This document shows, one piece after another, positions 40,133 to 50,152 of a DNA stretch of 64,000 nucleotides (its first letter is position 1; the number at the start of each line of letters is the position of its first letter). The notes below the pieces were generated by a model, which saw only the letters and a program-made list of their open reading frames with translations, was not told the origin of the DNA and did no database searches. This stretch comes from Flavobacteriales bacterium (GTDB taxonomy: Bacteria; Bacteroidota; Bacteroidia; Flavobacteriales; UBA7312): assembly GCA_049890095.1 (NCBI GenBank), contig JBMHCD010000009.1:169366-233365 (forward strand), read 5' to 3'. Position numbers and translations under genes: made by a program.

Positions 40133-41179
40133 ATGTCTGCAGACAAAAAAAATATAAGATCACTTGATTTAGACCAATTAAAAGATTTTTTTGTTAAAAA
40201 CAACGAACCTAAATTTCGAGCAAAACAAGTTTATGAGTGGCTATGGAAGAAATCTGTTATGTCTTTTGATCATATGACTAACCTTCCTCAAAAGAATATT
40301 CTTCTATTAAAAGAAAATTTCACTATCCATCATGCTATCATAACTGAGGCGCAACGAAGTAATGATCGAACGATAAAATCTGCTTTTCAACTTTATGATA
40401 ATAATAATGTCGAGGGAGTTCTTATTCCAACCAAAACACGAATGACAGCATGTATTTCATCTCAAGTGGGCTGTAGTCTTACATGTAAGTTTTGTGCAAC
40501 TGGAAAATTAAAACGACTACGTAATATTGATGCCGACGAAATTTACGATCAAGTATTTTTACTTAATCAGCAATCACTAGAGTACTATCAAAAAAAATTA
40601 AGCAATATTGTTTACATGGGAATGGGAGAGCCTCTGTTAAATTATAAAAATGTTATTGATTCTATTGAAAAAATTACTTCAAACGATGGGCTTGGCATGT
40701 CTCCCAAACGAATTACAGTTTCGACAGCAGGAATTGCAAAATTGATTAAAAAATTAGGTGATGACCTGGTCAAATTTAATCTTGCAATCTCCTTACATGC
40801 CGCAAACGACTCAAAAAGAAATGAGATAATGCCCATAAATGAACAAAATTCTTTATCATCATTATCTGAGGCTGTTAAATATTTTTATGAAAAAACTGGA
40901 ACAAGACTAACTTACGAATACATCATATTCAAAAACTTTAATGATGAAATAGAAGATGCTGTCGAATTGTATCGATTTGCTTCCATTACTCCTTGTAAAA
41001 TCAATATTATTGAATATAACCCAATAGATGGTGGAGAATTCCAACAAGCAGATAGAAAAAAAGTAGATGCATTTGTTGAATTTTTGGAAAGCAAAAATAT
41101 GATCGTAAATGTTAGAAGAAGTAGAGGAAAAGATATTGATGCTGCTTGTGGTCAATTAGCAAATAAACTTGCTAAATAA
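40133..41179 (+). CDS. rlmN: 23S rRNA/tRNA adenine-C2 methyltransferase (radical SAM)
   Basis: FRAKQVYEWLW..., radical-SAM CSLTCKFCATG, GMGEPLLN, and C-terminal DIDAACGQL. Confidence 0.9.
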   Translation: MSADKKNIRSLDLDQLKDFFVKNNEPKFRAKQVYEWLWKKSVMSFDHMTNLPQKNILLLKENFTIHHAIITEAQRSNDRTIKSAFQLYDNNNVEGVLIPTKTRMTACISSQVGCSLTCKFCATGKLKRLRNIDADEIYDQVFLLNQQSLEYYQKKLSNIVYMGMGEPLLNYKNVIDSIEKITSNDGLGMSPKRITVSTAGIAKLIKKLGDDLVKFNLAISLHAANDSKRNEIMPINEQNSLSSLSEAVKYFYEKTGTRLTYEYIIFKNFNDEIEDAVELYRFASITPCKINIIEYNPIDGGEFQQADRKKVDAFVEFLESKNMIVNVRRSRGKDIDAACGQLANKLAK

Positions 41180-41216
41180 ATCTAGTTTAAAGAAGATCCC
41201 TATCTTTCCGATTTTG

Positions 41217-41224
41217 TATCTTTG
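41217..41224 (+). promoter_or_regulatory. -7 box TAnnTTTG (polyprenyl synthase/dnaG operon)
   Basis: TATCTTTG, 20 nt before ATG 41245. Confidence 0.45.
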
Positions 41225-41244
41225 TACCTTCACTAATTAAGTCA

Positions 41245-42219
41245 ATGAGCATTGTAAAACAGATTAAAGCTCCCATAAAGGACGAGATGGTATTCTTTGA
41301 AAAAAAATTCAAAGAATCTATGAATAGTTCTGTTCCCTTACTCGATAAAATTACCCACTACATTATTAAAAGAAAAGGCAAACAAATGAGACCAATGTTT
41401 GTTTTTTTATGTAATAAACTTTTTGGTAATTTCAATGAAAAAAGCTACAGAGCAGCATCGCTAATCGAACTATTGCACACGGCTACATTAGTTCATGATG
41501 ATGTAGTGGATGATGCTAATTTAAGAAGAGGATTCTTTTCTATTAACGCCATTTGGAAAAACAAAATTGCCGTTTTAGTTGGAGATTTTCTATTGTCGAA
41601 AGGGCTAATTCTATCTTTAGAAAATAAAGATTACTCTCTTTTACAAATTGTTTCTAATGCAGTAAAAGAGATGAGTGAAGGTGAATTACTACAGTTAGAA
41701 AAAGCCCGCAAGTTGGATATTGAAGAAACCGTTTACTTTGATATCATAAGAAAAAAAACAGCTACTCTAATTGCTGCCTGTTGTGCTTGTGGTACTTGTG
41801 CTGCCTATCAAAATCAAGAAACTATTGATCAAATGCACCGATTTGGAGAGTTAACAGGAATAGCTTTCCAAATGAAAGATGATTTGTTTGATTATTACAA
41901 CAATGATAACATAGGTAAGCCTACAGGAATTGATATTAAAGAGCAAAAAATGACTCTTCCTTTAATTTACACTCTAAACAATTGTAATTCCTCACAGAAA
42001 AAATTCATCATTCAATGTATAAAAAGGCATAATAAAAACCCTGAAAAAGTAGAAAAAGTTCTTGAAATTGTTAAAAAAAGTGGCGGAATTGAGTACACCG
42101 TTAATAAAATGAAAGAATATCAGAATGAAGCTTTAAAAATTCTATATACATTTGAGGACAGTCCAGCAAGACAATCTCTTGAGCTTTTGTTGGATTATGT
42201 TATCAATAGAAAAAAATGA
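41245..42219 (+). CDS. polyprenyl (octaprenyl-type) diphosphate synthase
   Basis: LLHTATLVHDDVVDD (first DDxxD) and FQMKDDLFD (second). Confidence 0.9.
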   Translation: MSIVKQIKAPIKDEMVFFEKKFKESMNSSVPLLDKITHYIIKRKGKQMRPMFVFLCNKLFGNFNEKSYRAASLIELLHTATLVHDDVVDDANLRRGFFSINAIWKNKIAVLVGDFLLSKGLILSLENKDYSLLQIVSNAVKEMSEGELLQLEKARKLDIEETVYFDIIRKKTATLIAACCACGTCAAYQNQETIDQMHRFGELTGIAFQMKDDLFDYYNNDNIGKPTGIDIKEQKMTLPLIYTLNNCNSSQKKFIIQCIKRHNKNPEKVEKVLEIVKKSGGIEYTVNKMKEYQNEALKILYTFEDSPARQSLELLLDYVINRKK

Positions 42220-44153
42220 TTAATCAAGAAACAAAAGAGTTAATAATAGAGACCGCTCGAATCGAAGAAGTAGTTTCTGATTTTGTTACTCTTAAAAAAA
42301 GAGGAGTTAATTATATTGGTAACTGTCCTTTTCACGATGAAAAAACACCCTCGTTTACTGTTTCTCCTGCCAAAGGAATATATAAGTGTTTTGGTTGTGG
42401 TAAAGGAGGGTACTCGGTAAATTTTATAATGGAACACGAGCAATTAAGCTATCCAGACGCTTTACGACACCTTGCCAAAAAATATAACATTGAAGTTGAA
42501 GAAAAAAAGCTCTCTCCAGAAGAAATTGAACGCTTCAACAAAAGAGAAAGTTTATTAGTTGTTAGTCAATATGCCAATGATTTTTTTCAAAAACAGCTAC
42601 ACCATACAGATGAAGGAAAAGCGATCGCTTTAAGCTATTTTAAAGAAAGAGAAATTAACGATGAAATGATTTCTAAATTTCAACTAGGATATAGTCCTAA
42701 CAAATGGGATGCCTTTACAAAAAAGGCATTAAAGGATTCCTACAAAAAAGAGTTCCTACAAGAGACTGGCTTAAGCATATTTAAAGATAATAAATCATTT
42801 GACCGATTTAAAGGACGTGTTATTTTTCCTATTCATAGTATTTCTGGTAAAATTTTAGGCTTTGGTGGACGTACTTTAACACAAGAAAAAAATTCTGCTA
42901 AATATTTAAATTCTCCTGAAAGTGAAATTTATAGTAAAAGAAATGTTTTATATGGTATTTATTTTGCAAAACAACAAATAGTTAAAAGCGACAATTGCTT
43001 TCTAGTTGAAGGATATACTGATGTTATTGCAATGCATCAAATAGGCTTCTCTAATGTGGTAGCCTCGTCTGGAACTGCCCTTACTATCAAGCAAATAAAA
43101 TTAATTGACCGATTTACTAAAAATATTACCATTTTATTTGATAGTGACCCTGCAGGAATTAAAGCATCGTTTAGAGGTATTGACTTAATTTTGCAGTCTG
43201 GCATGAATGTAAAAGTTGTTCTCTTCCCCGAGGGTGATGACCCTGACAGCTACAGAAAAAAACATGGTATAGATCAGACAAAAGAATTTATTGAATCGAA
43301 TCAGGCAGACTTCTTAAGTTTTAAAATCAACTTACTTAAAGACGAGGCAAAAAATGACCCCATCAAAAAAGTAAATTTAATTAAAGATGTTGTCAAATCA
43401 ATTGCTTTAATACCTGACTCCATTACCCAAGAAGTTTATATAAAAGAAAGTTGTAAACTACTTGACATTAGTGAAAATCAAATTCTTAAGGAAATAAATT
43501 CAACTAAATTTTCTACTTCAACTAGAACTTCTACAGAACCCACAAAAGATCCGATTAAACAAAAAGTAAAAAAAGTAAAATCGTATCATCAGGAACAAAA
43601 TATTATTCGTTTCTTAATGAGTTATGGAGATCGGATTTTGACCTTTTATGATACCATTGAAGAAATTTCTGAAGCCGGAAATAAAAAAATTAGAGAAGAA
43701 GTTGTAGAGATTTCTGTTGCACAATTTATTATCGAAGAATTATCAGGTCAAGAACTCCGCTTTGATGATCCGAATTTTAACTATATATTTTCGAGCTATG
43801 TAGAACATTTTGAAAAAGGAGAACTTCCAAGTCATGACCTTTTTCTAAAAAATGAAGATGTAAATATATCTCAAGCAACTGTTGATACTATTTTTTCTAA
43901 ATATACATTAAGTGAAAAATGGAAAAAACATGGAATACATACCGTTACAGAAGACATGCAACTTAAACAGGCTGTCGAATCAGTTATCTATTCTTTCAAA
44001 ATAATCAAAATAGAAATTGCGATCACAGAAAAAAGAAAACAACTTGAAAATATGGAGCTTGATCAACAATTAAGAAATATGAAAGAAATTAACCATCTAC
44101 TACAAATCAAAAAAGAAATTTCTAAAAAACTTGGTCGTATTGTTTTAAAATAA
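42216..44153 (+). CDS. dnaG: DNA primase
   Basis: Zinc ribbon CPFHDEKTPSFTVSPAKGIYKCFGCGKGG and TOPRIM LVEGYTDVIA...LFDSDPAG. Confidence 0.9.
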   Translation: MINQETKELIIETARIEEVVSDFVTLKKRGVNYIGNCPFHDEKTPSFTVSPAKGIYKCFGCGKGGYSVNFIMEHEQLSYPDALRHLAKKYNIEVEEKKLSPEEIERFNKRESLLVVSQYANDFFQKQLHHTDEGKAIALSYFKEREINDEMISKFQLGYSPNKWDAFTKKALKDSYKKEFLQETGLSIFKDNKSFDRFKGRVIFPIHSISGKILGFGGRTLTQEKNSAKYLNSPESEIYSKRNVLYGIYFAKQQIVKSDNCFLVEGYTDVIAMHQIGFSNVVASSGTALTIKQIKLIDRFTKNITILFDSDPAGIKASFRGIDLILQSGMNVKVVLFPEGDDPDSYRKKHGIDQTKEFIESNQADFLSFKINLLKDEAKNDPIKKVNLIKDVVKSIALIPDSITQEVYIKESCKLLDISENQILKEINSTKFSTSTRTSTEPTKDPIKQKVKKVKSYHQEQNIIRFLMSYGDRILTFYDTIEEISEAGNKKIREEVVEISVAQFIIEELSGQELRFDDPNFNYIFSSYVEHFEKGELPSHDLFLKNEDVNISQATVDTIFSKYTLSEKWKKHGIHTVTEDMQLKQAVESVIYSFKIIKIEIAITEKRKQLENMELDQQLRNMKEINHLLQIKKEISKKLGRIVLK

Positions 44154-44159
44154 GCTTTT

Positions 44160-45860
44160 CTATAAGCACTCTTTCATATCCTTAAGCCTTAGCTGTAAAT
44201 TAGCATTACCATTCCATTGATTTAAGTCTAGGTTATAACAAACATCAAAACACTTTTCATCTTCTATCAAATCTTTTTTATCGAACATCCCAAAACCAAT
44301 TGCATCTATACTATTATTGCTCTTTTCATTTTTCAAATGTAATTTTAAATGATTGTTTTCTTTACCAATCAATTTTCCAAAACCGCTATCAAATACATTT
44401 GTTGTAACAAAAGTTGGACGGTTGTTTCCTGGTCCAAAAGGCTCCATTTGCTTAATTATTCTATATGTTTTAAGATCTATTTGATTAAATGCTAGTTCTC
44501 TATCAATAACTATTTCGGGAGTCAGCTGTTCTGAAGAAATTCTTTCTTTTACTACTTTTTCAAATAATTGCACAAACTCATTTAAATTTTCTTTTTTTAG
44601 AGATAACCCAGCAGCATATTTATGCCCTCCAAAACGATCTAAAAGATGTGAACATTGATCTATTGCCTCATAAATATCAAAACCTACAACAGATCTAGCT
44701 GATCCGACTAAAAAGCCATTACTTTCGGTTAATACAATGGTTGGTTTATAAAAATTTTCGATAATTCTAGAAGCAACTATTCCTATTACTCCTTTATGCC
44801 AATTTTCATTAAAAACAACTGTAGATTTCTTTTCAGGCTTTACTTGACTTAATGCTTCTGTAGTAATGAATTGATCTAATTCTTTTCGTGTTAAATTATT
44901 CGTTTCAATAGTTTGAGATAATTTTTTAGCCTGCTGAAAGTCTGTCTCAACTAAAAGCTCTACTGCTTTATTGGCGTGATCAATTCTTCCTGCTGCGTTT
45001 ATTCTCGGTGCTATACCAAAAACTATATCATTAATTAGAAGTTCATCTTTTTTACGATTGGATTGTTCAATTAGTGCTTTTAGTCCAGGTCTAGCATTAT
45101 CGTTAATTTGTTGTAATCCGTAATAAGCCAAAATCCTATTTTCGCCAGTTATAGGAACAATATCTGCAGCAATACTTACAACAAGTAAATCCAATAAGTG
45201 ATAAATTTTATCGAATGGAATTTCATTTTTAATGCAATATGCTTGAATCAGTTTAAACCCAACACCACATCCTGAAAGCTCTTTATATGGATAATCACAA
45301 TCTATTCTTTTAGGATCTAATACTGCTACTGCCTTTGGTATTTTTTTCCCTGGTCTATGATGATCACATATGATGAAGTCTATCCCCTTTTTCTTTGCAT
45401 ATTCAATTTTATCAATCGCTTTAATTCCACAATCTAAACTAATAATAAGCGAAAAATTATTTTCGTGAGCGTAATCAATTCCTTGAAATGAAACTCCATA
45501 TCCTTCTTTATAGCGATCAGGGATATAATAACTAACTTTCGTTGAGAATTGTTGTAAAAAGATATACATCATTGCTACTGATGTTGTTCCATCAACATCG
45601 TAATCTCCGTAAACTAAAATTTTATGACCTTGTTCGATTGCTAATTCTACTCTAGCTATAGCTTTATCCATATCTTGCATAACAAATGGATCATGTAACT
45701 GTTGTAAATCTGGTCTGAAAAATTGCTTTGCTAATTGAAAATTACTTATTCCTCTTTGAACTAAAAGATCTGCAATGATTGGCGAAACACCTAATTCTTT
45801 TTGCAAAGATTGACTAATGTTAGGGTCCGGTAAAGGCTTTTTTTTCCAATTAAAGTTCAT
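44160..45860 (-). CDS. recJ: single-stranded-DNA-specific exonuclease RecJ
   Basis: DHH motifs VYGDYDVDGTTS, DCG, ICDHH, and DHHA1 GGHKYAAG. Confidence 0.9.
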   Translation of the reverse strand: MNFNWKKKPLPDPNISQSLQKELGVSPIIADLLVQRGISNFQLAKQFFRPDLQQLHDPFVMQDMDKAIARVELAIEQGHKILVYGDYDVDGTTSVAMMYIFLQQFSTKVSYYIPDRYKEGYGVSFQGIDYAHENNFSLIISLDCGIKAIDKIEYAKKKGIDFIICDHHRPGKKIPKAVAVLDPKRIDCDYPYKELSGCGVGFKLIQAYCIKNEIPFDKIYHLLDLLVVSIAADIVPITGENRILAYYGLQQINDNARPGLKALIEQSNRKKDELLINDIVFGIAPRINAAGRIDHANKAVELLVETDFQQAKKLSQTIETNNLTRKELDQFITTEALSQVKPEKKSTVVFNENWHKGVIGIVASRIIENFYKPTIVLTESNGFLVGSARSVVGFDIYEAIDQCSHLLDRFGGHKYAAGLSLKKENLNEFVQLFEKVVKERISSEQLTPEIVIDRELAFNQIDLKTYRIIKQMEPFGPGNNRPTFVTTNVFDSGFGKLIGKENNHLKLHLKNEKSNNSIDAIGFGMFDKKDLIEDEKCFDVCYNLDLNQWNGNANLQLRLKDMKECL

Positions 45861-46914
45861 CTTTTTGATTCATTATACGGGTTTGTAATAAAACAGAATG
45901 CTTATGAATCAATTCAAATAACTCAGCAATCATTGTTTTATCAACTTGTGCCGATTCGGCCCAATCTGTTCTAGATTGCATAATTTCAAACCAACGTTGA
46001 ATTTGTAATATCGTTACGGAATTTTGTTTTTTAAATTGGCCGATTTCCTTTACTAGCTCCGTTCGTTTTGCTACAATGTCAACGATATCTTTATCAATTC
46101 CATCAATAATATTACGTATGGTCGATAATTGACTTACAAACTCTTTATTTTGAGTTTGTTCAGATCTGAGTATTAAATTCTTAATTAATTTATTTAAATA
46201 TTCAGGAGTTATTTGCTGTTTTGCATCACTAAGAGCAATGTCAGGGTTAAAATGTGTTTCAATCATTAAACCATCCATATTTAAATCTAATGCTGTTTGA
46301 GAAACTTCATGTATCATGTTTCTATTACCGCAAATATGACTCGGATCACATATCATTGCCAAGTTAGGATGTTTTTGTTTTAATTTCATAGCCAACTCCC
46401 ACTTTGGTTCATTTCTAAAAACCGATTGCTCTAAAGTATAAAACCCTCTATGAATTGCTGCAATATCATCAATACCAACATTAATTATTCTTTCAATAGC
46501 CCCCATCCATAAGCTAAGTTCAGGATGTAATGGGTTTTTTACCATTACTGTTACTTTAGAACCTTTTAATGCTTCTGCTATTTCTTGAACATAAAAAGGG
46601 TTTACCGTTGTTCTTGCTCCTATCCAAAGAATATCAATGTTTGCTTTTAAACAAAGTTCAACATGTTCTGGGGTTGCAACTTCTGTAGCTACTTTTAAAT
46701 GTGTCTGTTGTTGTACTTTTTGTAGCCACTTTAAGGCTTCCTTACCAACACCTTCAAAAGAATTTGGTCGAGTTCTGGGTTTCCAAACACCTGCTCTAAA
46801 TACTTTTACTTCTTTACTTAGTTTTTTAGCCGTTGTTAAAACTTGATCTTCCGATTCTGCACTACAAGGACCGGCAATAATAAATGGTTTTTTGCTGAGT
46901 TGGTTAAGAATCAT
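45850..46914 (-). CDS. bifunctional 3-deoxy-7-phosphoheptulonate synthase (type I-beta) / chorismate mutase (C-terminal AroQ domain)
   Basis: The N-terminal KDO8P/DAHP-synthase-like barrel has IAGPCSAESE...GARTT...CDPSH. The C-terminal 90 aa, IRNIIDGIDKDIVDIVAKRTELVKEIGQFK, is a chorismate mutase type II helix bundle. Confidence 0.85.
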   Translation of the reverse strand: MILNQLSKKPFIIAGPCSAESEDQVLTTAKKLSKEVKVFRAGVWKPRTRPNSFEGVGKEALKWLQKVQQQTHLKVATEVATPEHVELCLKANIDILWIGARTTVNPFYVQEIAEALKGSKVTVMVKNPLHPELSLWMGAIERIINVGIDDIAAIHRGFYTLEQSVFRNEPKWELAMKLKQKHPNLAMICDPSHICGNRNMIHEVSQTALDLNMDGLMIETHFNPDIALSDAKQQITPEYLNKLIKNLILRSEQTQNKEFVSQLSTIRNIIDGIDKDIVDIVAKRTELVKEIGQFKKQNSVTILQIQRWFEIMQSRTDWAESAQVDKTMIAELFELIHKHSVLLQTRIMNQKDEL

Positions 46915-47585
46915 TGTTTATTTCCTTCTAAAACGATTACAAACTCACCTTTAGGATCTTTATTATTAAAATGAGTTATTACTTCCTGAATAGTTCCTCT
47001 GATTGTTTGTTCAAATTTTTTGCTGATTTCTCTGGAAACGGATACATTTCTATCAGAGCCCATATATTCTTCAAATTGTTTTAATGTTTTTAAAACTCTG
47101 TATGGTGATTCGTAAAAAATCATTGTTTTAGTTTCGCTAGCTAATGCTTCTAATCTTGTTTTTCTGCCTTTTTTTACAGGAAGAAAACCTTCAAAAACAA
47201 ATCGTTCACATCCTATTCCAGAGTTTACCAATGCCGGAACAAATGCTGTAGCTCCAGGCAAACAATCAACTTCAATGTCATTAATTATACATTCTCTAAC
47301 TAATAAAAAACCAGGATCAGAAATAGCAGGAGTACCTGCATCAGAAATCAAAGCAATAGACTGACCGTCTGTAAGAAGTGCTATCCATTTTTCCAAACTT
47401 CTATGCTCATTATGCATATGGTTTGATGCCATTGGAGTATTAATATTATAATGACTTAATAATTTGGAACTAGTTCTTGTATCTTCAGCCAATATTAAAT
47501 CTACTTCATTCAATACTCTATTTGCTCGAAAAGTGAAGTCCTCTAAGTTGCCAATAGGGGTAGGAACAATATACAATTTTGACAT
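46911..47585 (-). CDS. rsmI: 16S rRNA (cytidine1402-2'-O)-methyltransferase
   Basis: LYIVPTPIGNLEDFTFRA...LISDAGTPAISDPG. Confidence 0.9.
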   Translation of the reverse strand: MSKLYIVPTPIGNLEDFTFRANRVLNEVDLILAEDTRTSSKLLSHYNINTPMASNHMHNEHRSLEKWIALLTDGQSIALISDAGTPAISDPGFLLVRECIINDIEVDCLPGATAFVPALVNSGIGCERFVFEGFLPVKKGRKTRLEALASETKTMIFYESPYRVLKTLKQFEEYMGSDRNVSVSREISKKFEQTIRGTIQEVITHFNNKDPKGEFVIVLEGNKQ

Positions 47586-47594
47586 AGTACAAAG

Positions 47595-48470
47595 TTACAT
47601 GAAAAAGGGATAGAATTCTGCACTAGGTGCAATTCTAATTGTTGGAGCTGGCATTTTTATATAATTCAAAATATGTTTGAATTTTTTAGCAAAAGGAGAA
47701 TTCCATTTTTTTAATACTTGTAGCATATCGTAATCTAAGGCAATATAAATTTCATTATTTCCTCCAACTTTGGTTTTAGTTTCATTCAAATATTGAGTAT
47801 CGTCTAAACCAAAACCAATAGCTATTCCTAAATCAATGTTTTTCTTTTTTAATGGATAAAATGAAATCCAATATGTTTGGTTAACATAATCATCCTGATA
47901 TGCATATTTATATGGAGGAGCATCTGGTTTTTGCTCTGTACCTAAATCCCAATACGAATTACTTCTTTTATAGTAACTAAACTTAAAATCTATATAATCT
48001 GCAGCAGTAGAATATTTTTCAAAATAAGGAACAAAAGCTCCAATACTACCAGCCCCAAAATCCCATAAACTAAAACCCCATAATGGAGCATATGCATCTT
48101 TCATTTCTATCGAAAGTTGAATAAATGAACCCATAGCTGCACCGTACAGATAAGACTTTTTTTCTGAAACACCAGACCACTTTAAAGAGGATTGATATAA
48201 ATCTGCCACTAATAGCCCACCAAAAAAATGCCCTCCTTTATCAATATTCCTTGCATACCTCAAATCCGATCCATCATCAAAATGAAAAGAACTCGATTGA
48301 TCACTCCACCAAGCATTTTTAATATACAAATATGAACCCCCTAAAACTGCAGCTGCACCAGATGTTGTTATTGCTAAGCGAGAATAATTTATCTGAGAAG
48401 AATCTTGCTGACCTAAACAAACTCTAAAGTTTAGTGATGATAATAAAATTAAAAGAATAAGTATACGCAT
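47595..48470 (-). CDS. hypothetical secreted/outer-membrane protein (possibly DUF2279-like)
   Basis: Signal peptide MRILILLILLSSLNFRV. Contains W..FHFDDG...NIDKGGHFFGG. The family assignment is from memory and weak. ATG 48470 is preferred over TTG 48476. Confidence 0.5.
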   Translation of the reverse strand: MRILILLILLSSLNFRVCLGQQDSSQINYSRLAITTSGAAAVLGGSYLYIKNAWWSDQSSSFHFDDGSDLRYARNIDKGGHFFGGLLVADLYQSSLKWSGVSEKKSYLYGAAMGSFIQLSIEMKDAYAPLWGFSLWDFGAGSIGAFVPYFEKYSTAADYIDFKFSYYKRSNSYWDLGTEQKPDAPPYKYAYQDDYVNQTYWISFYPLKKKNIDLGIAIGFGLDDTQYLNETKTKVGGNNEIYIALDYDMLQVLKKWNSPFAKKFKHILNYIKMPAPTIRIAPSAEFYPFFM

Positions 48471-48493
48471 GAGCAAAAAATTAAATCAATGCT

Positions 48494-48501
48494 TACATTT
48501 G
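48494..48501 (+). promoter_or_regulatory. -7 box TAnnTTTG (tdk)
   Basis: TACATTTG, 34 nt before TTG 48536. Confidence 0.4.
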
Positions 48502-48502
48502 T

Positions 48503-48510
48503 CAAAATTA
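48503..48510 (-). promoter_or_regulatory. -7 box TAnnTTTG (DUF2279-like/rsmI operon)
   Basis: TAATTTTG (rc), 32 nt before ATG 48470. Confidence 0.4.
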
Positions 48511-48535
48511 AGATTTGTTTTAATATTAAATCGTT

Positions 48536-49066
48536 TTGCAAAAAGGAAAATTAGAAATTATTTGCGGGTCTATGTTCTCTGGAAAAACAAAAGAACTCAT
48601 CGAAAGAGCAAACAATGCTATTAAATTGGGTGAAAAAGTCATTGGATTTAAACCTAAAATTGACAATAGATATCAGTCTAATCAAATCGTTTCGCATAAT
48701 AAAAACTCGTTTGACTGTGTTATCATTAAGCAAGCTAGCGATATGATAAACATGAGCAAAGCACATGAGGTTATTATAATAGATGAAATTCAATTCTTTG
48801 ATTCTACAGTAATAAATGTTTGTCTTGAGCTAATTAATGACGGAAAAAGAGTTATTGGTGCAGGTCTCGATATGGATTATGAAGGAAACCCTTTTGGTTC
48901 AGTACCTCAACTATTGGCTATTGCTGACGATATCAAAAAATTAAGAGCAAAATGTATTTGTGGTAATCCAGCAAATATTTCTTATCGATTGATTTCTGAA
49001 AAAAAACAAATTTTAATTGGCGAAAAAAATGAATACGAACCAAGATGTAGAAATTGTATAAATTAA
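48536..49066 (+). CDS. tdk: thymidine kinase
   Basis: P-loop GSMFSGKT, IDEIQFF, and the zinc-ribbon cysteines C.C...C..C. TTG start is needed to keep the P-loop. Confidence 0.9.
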   Translation: MQKGKLEIICGSMFSGKTKELIERANNAIKLGEKVIGFKPKIDNRYQSNQIVSHNKNSFDCVIIKQASDMINMSKAHEVIIIDEIQFFDSTVINVCLELINDGKRVIGAGLDMDYEGNPFGSVPQLLAIADDIKKLRAKCICGNPANISYRLISEKKQILIGEKNEYEPRCRNCIN

Positions 49067-49072
49067 AAAATA

Positions 49073-50152
49073 ATGAAAACAATTCATGAAACTAATTTAT
49101 ATGTAGACTTAGCTCAACTAGAAAGAAATTTTAACTATCTAAAATCTCTTACCAAAAAAAATACTAAAATAATAGCCGTAGTGAAAGCCTTTGCGTACGG
49201 AATGGGTGACGTCGAAATTTCTAAAAAACTAGAATCTTTAGGAGTTGATGCCTTATGGGTTGCAGATTTTGATGAAGGTGTAAACCTTAGATTGAATGGA
49301 ATTGAAGCACCAATAATAATAGCAAACCCAGGAATAAAAAGCTATGAAACTATCATAAAATATCGTTTAGAACCCGTTGTTTACAACCATAAAACACTAG
49401 ATATTTTTGCACAATCAGGTGCTTCAATAAATATTCATTTAAAACTTAATAGCGGGATGAATAGATATGGTTTTGAAGTCCATGAAGTCGATTCTATTTT
49501 GAATACTTTAGATCTAAATCCTAACTTAAACCTTTCTTCCATATGTTCTCACCTATCTTCTAGTGACAGTGAATCTCTGGATGATTTTAGCCATCAACAG
49601 ATAAACGTATTTAGAGATACTTGCTCAAAAATTAAATTAAAACTAGGGAAAAACATACATACACATATTATGAATAGTAACGGATTACTCCGTTTTGAAG
49701 ATACAAATGATGCCGTACGAATGGGAATCGCTCTATATGGAATTAGTGAAAACCCAAATCTTCAACAAATTTGTTGTTTAGAAAGTACTATTTCACAGTT
49801 AAGAAAAATTGACGAAAATCAGATTGTAGGCTACAACAATTCTTATGTCTCAAATAAAAAAATATCTGTTGCAATAATTCCTATTGGATATGCTGATGGA
49901 ATAAACAGAAGGCAAGGAATGGGAAAAAGTACAGTGGTAGTAAATGGCACTCATTGTTCTATTATTGGTCAAATTAGCATGGACAGCTTAGCTATTGACG
50001 CGTCTGATATACAATGTAAAGAAGGAGATAAGGTAATTATTTTTAGCCCCGAACATTCCTTAATTAATATTGCAAAAGAAATAAATACTATTCCCTACGA
50101 AATTATGGCAACATTGAATAGACGAATTAATCGAATTTACTTGGAAGGATAA
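49073..50152 (+). CDS. alr: alanine racemase
   Basis: AVVKAFAYGMG (PLP-lysine motif) and MDSLAID. Confidence 0.9.
   Translation: MKTIHETNLYVDLAQLERNFNYLKSLTKKNTKIIAVVKAFAYGMGDVEISKKLESLGVDALWVADFDEGVNLRLNGIEAPIIIANPGIKSYETIIKYRLEPVVYNHKTLDIFAQSGASINIHLKLNSGMNRYGFEVHEVDSILNTLDLNPNLNLSSICSHLSSSDSESLDDFSHQQINVFRDTCSKIKLKLGKNIHTHIMNSNGLLRFEDTNDAVRMGIALYGISENPNLQQICCLESTISQLRKIDENQIVGYNNSYVSNKKISVAIIPIGYADGINRRQGMGKSTVVVNGTHCSIIGQISMDSLAIDASDIQCKEGDKVIIFSPEHSLINIAKEINTIPYEIMATLNRRINRIYLEG

Noticed and set aside
40107-40163. N-terminal extensions proposed by the ORF track (also 2264, 24838, 25800, 35648, 48476, 60176, 61070, 61079)
   Set aside because: The extensions would overlap neighbouring genes or promoter boxes and add non-conserved residues. 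Downstream ATGs give canonical N-termini or signal peptides, and in two cases clean ATGA coupling.
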